A stretch of DNA of 62,682 nt, counting the filler, from Gonapodya sp. JEL0774 (Eukaryota), in the NCBI GenBank assembly GCA_027604505.1. It is 24 parts of 24 records of this genome, joined end to end, with 100 filler letters (N's around TTAATTAATTAA, not from the genome) between each part and the next. Parts side by side here need not be neighbours in the genome. Positions count along the whole stretch, not along the records: positions 1 to 2,537 come from JADIIX010001858.1; positions 2,638 to 5,174 come from JADIIX010001859.1; positions 5,275 to 7,805 come from JADIIX010001860.1; positions 7,906 to 10,435 come from JADIIX010001861.1; positions 10,536 to 13,063 come from JADIIX010001862.1; 19 more parts are not named here. One strand, written 5' to 3'. The position numbers and the translations under genes were made by a program. Of the stretch, positions 1 through 11,011 are shown piece by piece; position 1 is the first letter of the stretch; the number at the start of each line of letters is the position of its first letter. The notes under the pieces are model-generated. The model saw nothing but the letters and a program-made list of their open reading frames with translations. It made no database searches and had not been told where the DNA came from.

Positions 1-531
1 ACTTGCAAGCGTCAGAGGTCACAGACGACCTTCGGATCAGATTTGCATTGATTGTGAGCGTTGACCTCCTCATTGCTGAGTAACATCTCCGACTTAAATG
101 AACATGTCCGTTCTTATTCGTAAGCGTCATCACCGTGGGGACGTCTTACCGGATATGCACTTCTGGCGCAACTTGGATGTGAAGCTCCAACGCTACAGGT
201 ATGTCATTCAGCGAAGCGGGTACAGCTCTCAATCCCCTGCAGCAACATGTCACTGATCAATGAAGTGTCCCCTCCAATCAGCAACGTGTCAACAGATTCT
301 GACGACGAGAGCGATGAGGACTCCGAGAAATTCAGCCGTCGGCGAGCCCGCAGGATCCTCGAGAATGACATTGGCTCTTTTACCAAGACTGGGGACCCGG
401 ACTCAGGTGCTGAAGCGTCGAAACCCCCATCACTCAAACGCAAGAAAGCTTCCACATCCTCCGTTGGGACAAGCAGGAGTCGGGGCAGTGGAGTAGAGAC
501 TGAGGACGTGGAAGTGGAAACAACGGAGTAG
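1..531 (+). CDS. 3' end of an unknown spliced gene with an acidic/basic low-complexity tail, probably transposon cargo
   Basis: An exon reads LIRKRHHRGDVLPDMHFWRNLDVKLQRY followed by a GTATGT donor near 199. ORF 247-531 is DE-rich then KR-rich. It lies upstream of the CTAG array and candidate terminus. Confidence 0.35.
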
Positions 532-759
532 ATCAGAATCGGGGTTGCAACTCAGAAGGGTGATGTATATAGAGAGTAGGGAAAAGCAGAGGAAGCGCCA
601 AGTGGTCAGCAGACCTTCAGCAAATGATGTACATACTTTTTCTTTGTTCTGAATGAAAAAATCTCAATAGCAAATGGTTGTGTGAACGCATACAATCAAA
701 TTGAAAATGCGGGAGCGAAACGGGGATGAACCCTGATCTATATAGAATCAGACTCGAAA

Positions 760-900
760 ACCTAGCTAGGTTGCCTAGACCATCTCGGAGACCTAGAAAA
801 GGTGTGTAGATGTCCTAGAAATGACTAGCTTCTAGCTAGAAAATCTATGTAGATTCTAGGTGCAGCCGAGATAGTTCTATCTAGGAAATCCCCGGCCGTG
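760..900 (-). mobile_element. Probable DNA-transposon end: CTAG-rich subterminal array with terminus CACGGCCGGG on the minus strand
   Basis: Ten CTAG motifs lie within 762-884, then CCCGGCCGTG ends at 900. A CAC terminus is typical of the CACTA/Mirage/Chapaev group. The partner end is not in the contig. Confidence 0.4.
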
Positions 901-2537
901 TACACGCGATTTTCTCTGTACATCTGGGCTGGGACACACATTTTTGGAGCGATTTATCATTTTTCGCACATGAAAATTTGTGCTCCATTGAAGAAATCGG
1001 TCCAAACAGTTCAGAACATACCCTGTGATGACCATTCACGCTCAACCCACTACCAACGATGCTATTTGCTTTTCGCGACGCATTCACAGAAACCAAGTCC
1101 CCAAGGCTGTAAAACAGCATCACTTAAACAATATACAGTGGTCCGATCACTGCCAATAGACTCACAACGACCTCTGCACGGGATAAGCTCTGTGCGAATG
1201 ATCCCGTGCAGGAGTCTCATCGGTGGGTGAAGCCTCTTCATACTGCGGCGACACCATAGAAATGTTATGTAGATGAAGTTGTAATGGCCGATGAGACTGA
1301 TATTGGGGTGTGTTGTCAGAAAATTGCTATGACAATGGAATAGTCGACACTAACAGGCCCATGTGGACATCGGAGTGATAAAAAAGCTCTCCAAAGTCAT
1401 ATAACATCTTTTTTACTAGCAGAGCATGATCACGCTAGCTCTCTGCCACCACCAAGTTATCATAGAGGCCAGTAATCAGTATGGATTGCGGGATACCCGG
1501 ACAGCCACCAACAAAAAAGCCACGATCGCTCTTCACAGTTACTATGACAAGTCATTCTTCCACTTTTTGTTTCAGATCTCATGTCCTACGCATGGCGTGC
1601 ACGCCGCGTGTGGAGTACATATGTATGTCTCGTTCCACCCTTTTCGCAGCCTGTTCCCCCGTCCTGGATCTCGGCGAGTCATAAGCCTAGAGGAGCCTTT
1701 CTGTTCTCCCTTTGGCCCTAAAGGCACTTGCGAATGCCTTCGAAAAGTGGAAATGGAGGTGTGTCCAAGTTATAGCAGAACTCTCGTGCTCTGGTGCGGA
1801 TTTGATTTGTTTGTAAGTCACATCACATCCCCTACACTTTCCCTTTTCGAGTGGTTCAGAGGGCCAGTTCAGCGTAGGAAGGAGGCGTGAAATCAAGCGT
1901 GGTGTGGTAAGTCGACAGCTGAAGGCGGGAGTTTGGCCGAAGTCACGTGACCCCGTCCAACCAACCTCTCACGCTCACATTGTATGTTGCCCAGTGTTAC
2001 GACGCATTCTTGTTTTGTGTTATTGGCATAGATATGTAGTAGGATACACGGTAGCTGTAGTCTTAGATTTACTGCCGGATGAGGGATCGCAACCCGCCGG
2101 ATCCACACACATGAATTGTATTGGGATTCGATTCTCAGACATTACATTACCGAGTTAGGGCGAGCGAATGAGGTAGCGGCGGATCTTGTAGCACGTGAGC
2201 AGTTGTGGCAAGGGGAGGTGGAGAGTGTACTTGAAGCCGAATTTCGTCAAAACAGTGCACCAGTGCAAAAGTACCGCCAACCGAACTCAAAAGATGAAAA
2301 GCTGTTGGGGTCTTCTTTCAGCTCACAACCCTCGAACAAAGAGCTACGCCTTTGGTCCCTGCGGTCACAACGAGTTCGCAATTGTAGGATACAATAACTT
2401 CCTTTGTTCCTTTGGTGGGCGGGAATCAGTTCGTTAATGTGGTCTTCCAAAAACCTTGTACTCTATTCTTCAATTTACTTCTTCCCTACACAGATCAAAA
2501 CAAGTAGAATTTCACATCACTCACGCAAGGGTAACCA

Positions 2538-2637
2538 NNNNNNNNNNNNNNNNNNNNNNNNNNNNNNNNNNNNNNNNNNNNTTAATTAATTAANNNNNNN
2601 NNNNNNNNNNNNNNNNNNNNNNNNNNNNNNNNNNNNN
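2538..2637. other. Artificial contig-joining spacer (N44-TTAATTAATTAA-N44), first of 23
   Basis: Identical 100-bp blocks start at 2538, 5175, 7806, 10436, 13064, 15691, 18317, 20941, 23564, 26184, 28801, 31417, 34033, 36648, 39263, 41871, 44476, 47081, 49685, 52287, 54887, 57487 and 60086. The 12-mer gives stops in all six frames, and segment lengths never increase along the window. Confidence 0.99.
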
Positions 2638-3788
2638 GTCCTGAGTACTTTGGTGATGACACTTAGAGGGAGTTCCGCGATATGATCCGTGAGGTAACGA
2701 AAGACAGAGATGGCAAGAATAGATGTCTTGAACTGGATAGTGCGGGCTTGTTCCTCCAAAGACTGTTTACGCACTCATCAGTCATGTGCAGAACCCACAT
2801 CGTCGCATTTATGCAGACGCAGCGCCGCATTGTGGAGACTCGCCTGGCATTCATTGTCAAGCTCCAGCTCTTCCTTTGCGCGTTTGACATTGAACTCGGG
2901 GATATCTTCATCTCTACATACGAAACCAAAAACTTCAAGATGGTGGAGGTCATTCAGAAGACCCCGCAGTTGATTCACTCACGGAACGGTAAGCCAGGAT
3001 ATGCCCTGAATACAGTAATCCACGATTCCCATCAACGCATTATCTAAGGCGAGAACTGCTGGCTTTTCAAACAAGATAAGCTCCAACAAATTTAACACCA
3101 CAGTTTCGTGGTACAGCTGGTTCCAGACGATCAAGGTTAACCACAGAGATGAGAGGAGCTCTCCAGCTCGTACCATTAGATAAATGTGTAGACCATTCGT
3201 GTCGTTGGCATGAGGCAATAGACTGGGAAGCACGTGCTTTCTCCAAGATCGAGTACGCAGTAAATCTCTAACAAGTTGCTCAAGCTCGATGCAACGACCC
3301 GTTTTCAGACACGACGACCGAAAATTTAGTTAGACGCATACTGACTCACCTTTTTGTGAGTAATTATTGCATCCCCGACGAACTCGTGTTGTTGACGCAC
3401 TACGTTAAGGTGGGCCTGGAGATGCCATTCAAACAGGATACTTAAGTAAAACTCAGACCTAAGAGATGGCATTGTCTTAACTTCAAACCTGCATGTTCAA
3501 GCGCTCCAGATTGTAATGCTGTTCGAGCCACCTTGAAATTGGTGGTAAGAGGAATTCTGCAGCGTTGACTTTAAAACTGTAGAGAGAGCCCACTGTTCCG
3601 ATCCAACATCGACGACATTCAAGTCTTTTATCTTTTGGACCAAGGATTCGGCTTCATATGCTGAAAGAACGGGTTGATTCGACCTTCGGCGTCACAAAAC
3701 AGTTTGACGAAGCGGTGCACGAGTCAGAAATGAAAGTCTTGATATATATCATAGACCTTGAAGAAAGCTGTTTGTCCAAGTGCTCCAT
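2638..3788 (-). CDS. ZMYND10: ZMYND10/BLU axonemal dynein assembly factor, multi-exon, 3' truncated
   Basis: Spliced translation MEHLDKQLSSR-SNQPVLSAYEAESLVQKIKDLNVVDVGSEQW-WLEQHYNLERLNMQ, then LYHETVVLNLLELILF..IVDYC and EQARTIQFKTSILAISVFRYLTDHIAELPLSV. All of these match the ZMYND10 N-terminal half. Confidence 0.9.
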
Positions 3789-3958
3789 CGCCTTGATCCT
3801 CACATTCCTTGAAGTTCTCAGAGCAGTAAGTGTTTGAACTCACAGGGCACCCTCCTCACACGCCCTGATGCGCAACGGCTCCTACATACTACCAATCCTG
3901 GCTTTCCTTCGATTACAATAAGCAGCAAAGCTACTATTACAAATTATGAATCGAGTGT

Positions 3959-5174
3959 TCACGGGTATATTTCTGACATTATCAAGAGTACTAGAGAGCT
4001 CCACCCTGTGAAAGGACGGCTTCTTTGACCGTGTCCCGTGACCCCAGAATATTGCTCCCAGAGGAAGCCCGTCCGCTGATACTCAGAGAAAAGATTGTCT
4101 ATCAGAGCTGCTCGCAATTCATTGTATGTCTTTTTCGACAGAGCAGCATATGGCCCTGTCTCCGCATAGTTCTGCAATTGATAACGATTGTCAAGTGAGA
4201 ACACCAAAAACGATCCACCGTTAGAATATTCCGTACCTTTTTCAAAGAGGTGAGAATCAAATAGTTCATGTTGATCCAAATTGGTCCCCGCCAATAGTTT
4301 TCGTCGGTTCCAAATAGGGGATCCGAGATTGATAGTGACCGAATACCAGCCCTTTGGAATTATTACACATAGCACCGAAACGTGTTAAAGGTAGGCGTTT
4401 GTCGATAACACATATCGAAAACTCACTCGGACCAAAGATGGTCAGGATCTCGTAAAAAGCTCAATACACTCGCTAACCGGTGTGACTCGCGAGGGATAAG
4501 CCCGAGCATAAGGGGAAAGAGAGAAACATAACCAATTCGTTTTTGGTGAACGTGCTTTCCTGTGGACGTTGTGGCAATATCGATGAAGCTCTTCGACTTC
4601 GCATATCCTCACGCAAACAAAGAGGAAGAAAGATCCTACCTCCGTTGTCAACTGATAAATCGTAATACATGCCAGTGGATTCATCCCAGTGAAGATCTTG
4701 GATAGATTGATCGTTAGAGAAAGCTTTGATACCTTCGCACAAATGTCCATACTTACCCTGGAGAACCTTATCCATTCCGACAAGGTGCGTGGCATAGAAG
4801 GCTGCGTCTGTTGTCTCTCCGAGGAACTTCGCTAGCCGCTGGAGGCTGCGAGCGTATACCATCATCCAACACAAGAGGTCCAAGTGCATCTCACTTTCAC
4901 TCGGAGGCCAAGCTCTTGGATAATCATCCAAGCCTTCAAAATTCAGAGATTCGTCGATGTTGAAATGGGACAAATAAAGGGTGTTGGACGTACCTGATGC
5001 CATTGTATGGTTGTCTGTTCGCCCCCACCACCTGTAGGCTTCCATGTTGTCAGCACGGAAAGGGCTACGTTGAGTTCTCCTAAACCACAGATAATTTCGC
5101 TTCAAAGGAACGTAGAGTTCCTGCAGCGCTGCTCGTGCCAAATCAGGGTCTTTAAGGTGACGAGATCGGAGATA
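3959..5174 (-). CDS. CWH41: Mannosyl-oligosaccharide glucosidase (glucosidase I, GH63), C-terminal part, 5' truncated
   Basis: Motifs [34 protein letters not shown] and terminal [33 protein letters not shown]. Confidence 0.95.
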
Positions 5175-6948
5175 NNNNNNNNNNNNNNNNNNNNNNNNNN
5201 NNNNNNNNNNNNNNNNNNTTAATTAATTAANNNNNNNNNNNNNNNNNNNNNNNNNNNNNNNNNNNNNNNNNNNNGCACAGAAGAGCAGTAGAAGTCCGAG
5301 ATCACGAGAAAACTGCTCGCCAATAGCGAGAAGAGCTTTCAGAGGACTTTCATTCAATCTGAGTATATACTTGCGACTGCAGCGATGCGATCGAGTGCAA
5401 GAAGAAATGAGTTGGCGCATCCAGCCACTTGCACATATCGAAGAGCTCAGGCGAGATGGAAGGTCAGTCCAAATCAGCCATCAAATAGCTTTCGGGCGTA
5501 ATGGCAATAAGAACTAACATGATATATCGAGAAGAACAATCGTTCTCTGGTTGAAGTAGGGACATCATCCCATTATGCCATGTCCTTTCATCCAGCTTGC
5601 CAGCAAAGAACTTACTGGGATGGATCTCCTAGTTCTCAAACAGTGTTTTCATTGTTTTCTGTTCTGCATTCGTTGTTGTTTGCATCTGCACATACCAAAT
5701 ACGTGACATGACTGCACGGTCCGCCAGTGCACGGTCAGCCAAAAAAAAGTCGCATTGTATCATTCTGTTCATACTTATTGTGCTCTAGCATCCCTGTCTT
5801 CGAACGAACCTCACCCCAGTGACGTGCCCAAAACTCGTAAAATGTGAGCTTTCTTCACTCGGCTGGCATCCGATCGCCACGGACACTTGAAAGGCTCAAA
5901 TGAGTGAACTTGTTGCCAGATTGGGGATGAAATGATTATAGAGTCAAGCACTGAGGTCATTGCACCGTTGAAGCTACTTTTCAATCATATTTCTGATAAT
6001 TTGGGACAACATCACATCGGAGCAATTGCTGTAAATCTCCGGGTCGCCGGAGCGAGAACCTTACTCGCGCTCTGGACTCTCTTCCATGTATCTAATTTAC
6101 CGTCTCGTTTAGTGTTTCAGGTGGTCATTCCGAAATTCTTTGTCCGAGGAAGATTATGAATCACCATCTACTCCTCTGCATTGCATCGCGTCGCGATGGG
6201 GACCATCCGGATTCTCCATTTTCAAGCTGTGCTATTCCGCAACTGTTTCCGTCGCTGATGTGACTCGCTGTTGCTTTTGCCTCGACTGACATCCAATGAA
6301 GAACGAGGTTCTGGGTCGAGCAGTCACTGCTCATCACGTAATATTCCCATATCGGGCATCTATACGCAGTTAAGATATTGACGGAAGATTAGTGGATATC
6401 AAGGACCCGGACAAATTTCTCGAACGAAGAAATAGTTCGACTGAGTTCACCTCCGAATGGAGGGCAACTGGCAATCCCACGTAGATTTGAAGGTACCGGT
6501 ATCTAAGGAGAACGGGATTCTCGCTCCTTGAGCGTTTTCAGATGAAACCCGACTCATTCCCGTCGATTCATGAATGAATTGTTACCACCGACCCCTCGCG
6601 GCTGCGCACGCGCCCATTCAAGATTAGCGCCAATGCACTGACAAATCTGAACACTTGCAAAACACCGAACATCAGGCACGGAGTCCGTTGATCCTGACGA
6701 ACACTTCTCAAGGCTGTAACATCACCATCTTCGAATTGTACTGTGTCCTTCAACGACAAGGTCGCTATACATTGTCCTACGAACGTCATTTCAGTGTGGT
6801 GTGTCAGTCCAATTTTCGAATTGGTTCTTGAGGAGATCCAGGATCTCCATCGAATATGCAGGTCGACTAGACTTGTCGCCGATACTGTTCTTCACCCGCA
6901 ACACATACTCTCGCCTGCCAACGACGGTCCCCCTGTCCAAGAGAAGTA

Positions 6949-7143
6949 TTACAATGTGCGGACTGAGGCTGGCAAAAACATTCCAAAGCGCTCTTCCAGA
7001 AAGCCGGGTGAACCGTTGTCAAGGAGTAATGTCCCGATCTTGAGATTCTCTTTGGAGACTGCAAGACAAAGAGCGCCAGAACTATCAACGGATATGCCCC
7101 TAGAAAGAAGGAGCTTTATCATTTCAGCGGATCCATAAGACAC
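6949..7143 (-). pseudogene. Ankyrin-repeat fragment, probably degenerate
   Basis: YGSAEMIKLLLSRGISVDSSGALCLAVSKENLKIGTLLLDNG fits the ankyrin consensus. No long ORF or clear exon chain surrounds it. Confidence 0.5.
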
Positions 7144-7698
7144 AGCACATAGTTAGAAAAAGAGCACGGAACGTTGACCACGTGCGGTATGTGGAGGTTC
7201 AGAAACAGATGATGCGAACGGCGAAATGAAGAGCGTACTTTCCCGATCTTCCACGCACAAATGCGAGGGCATTTAATGGATTCAAACCGTGAGCCAATAC
7301 TCTTGCGGTGATGTTTGATCGAGTTGTGGGTTGAGAGCGCCTCTGGGAAGGTCAAGTCGGAATTGAAGGTACCAAACTGAAAAGACGCCGCAATTCTGAC
7401 TGACCATCAAGAATCAATCCAGGAAAAATGTGTGGACGCACGTCTCCGTGCTGTGCACTGAACGACGAAATATTTGAAAGGTTTTGCTTGGATCACGGGA
7501 ACTGTAAGAGCACTGCTGGCGGTTCAAAGTGATTCTGCCGACAGGTTGCTCCAAAACAACCAGCAAGTTTGGCAAATTTGTTTACAGCACCGCCAAAGAG
7601 GCTCGCTCAGAAAATATGGATGTAAAAGCGCGCTTTTCTTTGTGACAAGCATCATTCTTTCGTTTCTTGCTCTCCACTCTCCATTCACCATATACACC

Positions 7699-7805
7699 AT
7701 GGTTGCCAAAATCACAATGGACACACAGTCCCCAGTCGCACCCACTCGGTTCTGCCACTTGGTTCTCACGTCGACAAATCGAGATCGGCTTCAAAAGTGG
7801 TACGA
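7699..7805 (+). CDS. VOC (glyoxalase/extradiol dioxygenase) family protein, N-terminus only
   Basis: MVAKITMDTQSPVAPTRFCHLVLTSTNRDRLQKWY resembles the P..lxHvvL.t.......wY first strand and helix of VOC proteins. Confidence 0.65.
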
Positions 7806-8467
7806 NNNNNNNNNNNNNNNNNNNNNNNNNNNNNNNNNNNNNNNNNNNNTTAATTAATTAANNNNNNNNNNNNNNNNNNNNNNNNNNNNNNNNNNNNNNN
7901 NNNNNCCAGTTTGGGGAACTCAAAAGCGAGAAGTTGGAGTGTCATTTGGGATGGAATTGTGCGGTGTGCAGCTGAGACTTTGAGTAGGGCTTTTATAAGG
8001 CGTCCAAGGCTGAATGGGTTTAAACGCAGTACCATTTCACTTCCTTATCCGGAGGAAATCAAGGAATATCCGATCTTGAGACGGGTGTTTTCGATTCAAA
8101 CGCGGACTACCTTTTGTGCTTACGAGGTTGCTGTGACTTGGGGGTGAACTTATGAAAGCAAAATTGAGAGGCGTCACTGATTATGATAACCGTACAATAC
8201 ACATACCGCCATGAGCAGTGCTGGCTGCTCGACATACATACGTTCACTCGAAAAAATGAGTGGTCTCTCATAGTCGGGCACGTCGCTAGGGACAATAATA
8301 TCCAAGTAACGTCTACATAATTAGTAGGCGCGCGCACATCTGTACGGCTGGCATGTGCTGATCCAATGCGAGAACTCCGCTACATAGTCGAAGGTAAACA
8401 TGGAAAGTTCAAATTCATCAACTTTTCAATCTTATGAGTAGATTTATATCTTTCTCTGTTGTCATTT

Positions 8468-10435
8468 ATGGTGAATGGATCGGTCACCGACCTTCGATCA
8501 GCATCACACCTTTCGATGAAAAAGCTGCCAGGCCGCTCAGGTCTCCGAAGTCACTGGAGGAGGCAACTATCTTGGTGCTTTCTGTGCGGATGCTTTACTT
8601 TCGCGGCAGTGGGTGTTTTTGCAGCGAGTGATGCTGATGCGGCAAATGGTATGGACAATTTGCTGGGAAAGGGGAAGCACCTGGAGAAGCTGGACCGCAA
8701 AAGTGAAGAACTGACATTCAATGTACATAATTTGGTGAGCTGAAGTGGGTTCGACTCGTCGTCTCCACCTGATGGTTCCGAACAATTTTGTACCTGCGAT
8801 GATCGGAAGTTGGGAGAGCTCTTCAAACGGGGGAAAGCCCCTTCAGTCCCAAGTCTGACTACCACGACACGTGAAATCGCCGTTTCGGCCACTCCTGTCC
8901 CGTTTCCCTCACTCACAGAGCCCAAGGATTTGACGGAAGTTCATCTTGAGGAAATCGTTCGTCTTCGTGGCACCCTCACGGCGAGATTCGAAGCACAAAA
9001 AAAGCATATTCTTGAAGCTCAAAGTCGCTGGGAGCAAGAATTCTTGGAAGCCGGGATGGGTCAGCCGCCGGAGGTCGGAGAAGCTTTCTCGCAGATTGGC
9101 ACCACCAAGACTAAGCAGTCAATCGCTCCTTCAGCGACGAAAGGAAATATTGCGCCGACACCCTCCGTGACATTTCCACCCTCCCCGTTTGCACCGTCTC
9201 TGGAGCTTATCAATGTTCACGTCTCTGAGTTGGAAACTTTAGGTGAGAGTGACTTTCAGGGATTGCGACTTGTCTTCAGGCGCTGATAATGACTCAAATC
9301 TCCCATTCAGACGATCTAGTCCTGATGACTCTCCACCTCTACGCCATGAGCCTTCACGATACCATCTCTATCCTGGATAGCTCGCCAACACTCGCCAACC
9401 TCACCACCTCTGAAGGGAACACTACGTCCCCTCAACGGCCGTCCCCAAAACCTCATGCTCACATACCGGCCCTCCCAACTCTTCGTGATCCCTTGAGCCG
9501 TCTTGCACACGAACTTGGTCGTGCAGCGCTCAAAGCTCAAACAGCCCTGGCAAATTTGGCGCGGGAGGAGGCTAAAGCCGCGAAAGAGGAGACAAAAATC
9601 GAGAAAGAAGCACATGCAGGAGTTGGAAGCCCTGCAGTCTTGCCGTTACCGACGCCCACGGTCGCGCTAGCAGGTGGCTCGGACCCCAACCTTGCAATTG
9701 GGACGCTGCTGTCAGGAGCAATGCCATCGTCTTCGCCGGAACCCAAACTGAACCTTGCCGCCAGTCTTGGCGCCTCCGCTCCCGCTTCGCTCACTTCTAT
9801 GTCTGACGCTCCTCTTCCTACGGATGGTGCTTCAGCCTCGTTACCCACTCCACTTGCGGGCGATCATAAGAACTCACTTGCCTCGCTCGCAGATTCTATT
9901 CTTGCCGACGCTGGCACGACGGCCGATGAGGTCGAGCAGCGACAGCAGGATGCGCAGAGGGAGACCTTTTGGGAGAGTGCGGAGAAAAAGGGGGCGACTA
10001 TTGAGGCGGTGGTGAAATTGGACGATGGAGAGGAGGTAGAGACTGGCGCCGGAGAGCCAGAGCACGAGAGTCTATCTGGAGGTCAAGATATTAATCCAAG
10101 CTCGGGAGACTCGCTCGTTCCTGTTCGGCCTGTGCCGTTGCCGGGCGACCCGTTTCCATCCCCATCCGTGACTGGAGGATCCCAATCCACCAATCTCACC
10201 TCCCCATTGGACGCTTCTCATTCAGGTGGAGGTTCACCTTCGGGTCACCTTCCCCAATACCACCCCGAGCATCACCATGCGGGCGGAGGAGTGTCGCATT
10301 TGGTTGACGCGGAGAGTAACCAGTATGTGCTTAGTAGGCCGAGTGACGTGACGTACTTCTATGAAGATGGTGAGTCGTGGGGTTCATTTAGGCACCTGTC
10401 GCAATCTTCAAAGCATGCACCCCCTGCTTTATATA
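8468..10435 (+). CDS. TMCO3: TMCO3/KEA-type (CPA2) K+/H+ antiporter, N-terminal luminal region, 3' truncated
   Basis: A hydrophobic signal-like segment and coiled coil precede LADSILADAGTTADEVE..KKGATIEAVVKLD and VSHLVDAESNQYVLSRPSD, which match the TMCO3 pre-membrane motifs (EAVLRV; LIDSQNNQYILTKPRD). The start codon is uncertain (8468 or 8516). Confidence 0.8.
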
Positions 10436-10535
10436 NNNNNNNNNNNNNNNNNNNNNNNNNNNNNNNNNNNNNNNNNNNNTTAATTAATTAANNNNNNNNN
10501 NNNNNNNNNNNNNNNNNNNNNNNNNNNNNNNNNNN

Positions 10536-11011
10536 TCAGGCGTATTGTTGACAACCTCTTGAAGTCGGTCCAGAAGAGAGACAGGAGAGAGCTGAGAGAA
10601 AGTTTTTTGAATGTGAGTTGCTTCATCAAAGACAGTGTCCCAAGTGGTTCCAGAGAACAACTTTCCCATCTCTTGTTCCAACAGTCAATAGCCCTTCATT
10701 GCCTCAGTCTCTGTGTACCCAAGCCTCACCAACTTCCGGAACTTAGAGTCCACCTTCCAATGCTTGTTATCATGGATTTGAAGGTAAGTGTCACAACCGA
10801 AAATGCAAAGGTGGCTCACATCTGGTTTCGGCCCCGTGAACACTTCCACAGGAGCCTTCCCGAACTTCCCCACAGCAGTCCGGTACCTCACATAAACAAA
10901 AAAGTCCATTGCCATCACCCAATACTTCTTAGGAAGACCAGCAATGTACGTCCACCCTCACCCACCATCCTGTTGTGTTGTTCTGCGACCCCATTCTGTT
11001 CTGACGTGTCT
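10536..11011 (-). mobile_element. Decayed Ty1/copia integrase C-terminal fragment
   Basis: DTSEQNGVAEQQNR, APVEVFTGPKPDVSHLCIFGC, KVDSK..LGY..MKGY*L and TVFDE, with an in-frame stop and frameshifts. Confidence 0.9.

Noticed and set aside
760..885. CTAG motifs as a Helitron 3' end
   Set aside because: Helitrons end in one CTRR after a GC-rich hairpin. Here CTAG is a dispersed multi-copy array followed by a CAC-type terminus.
901..2537. Several 60-150 aa ORFs on both strands
   Set aside because: No motifs or coherent exon structure were found, so they were left unannotated.
2582..2593. Regularly spaced TTAATTAATTAA motif as a CRISPR-like or regulatory repeat
   Set aside because: It is always embedded in N runs and acts as a six-frame stop linker added during concatenation.
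5275..5710. Minus-strand fragment reading FLLALDRIAAVA, resembling a GPCR TM3 DRY region
   Set aside because: Too short, and no consistent exon chain could be built.
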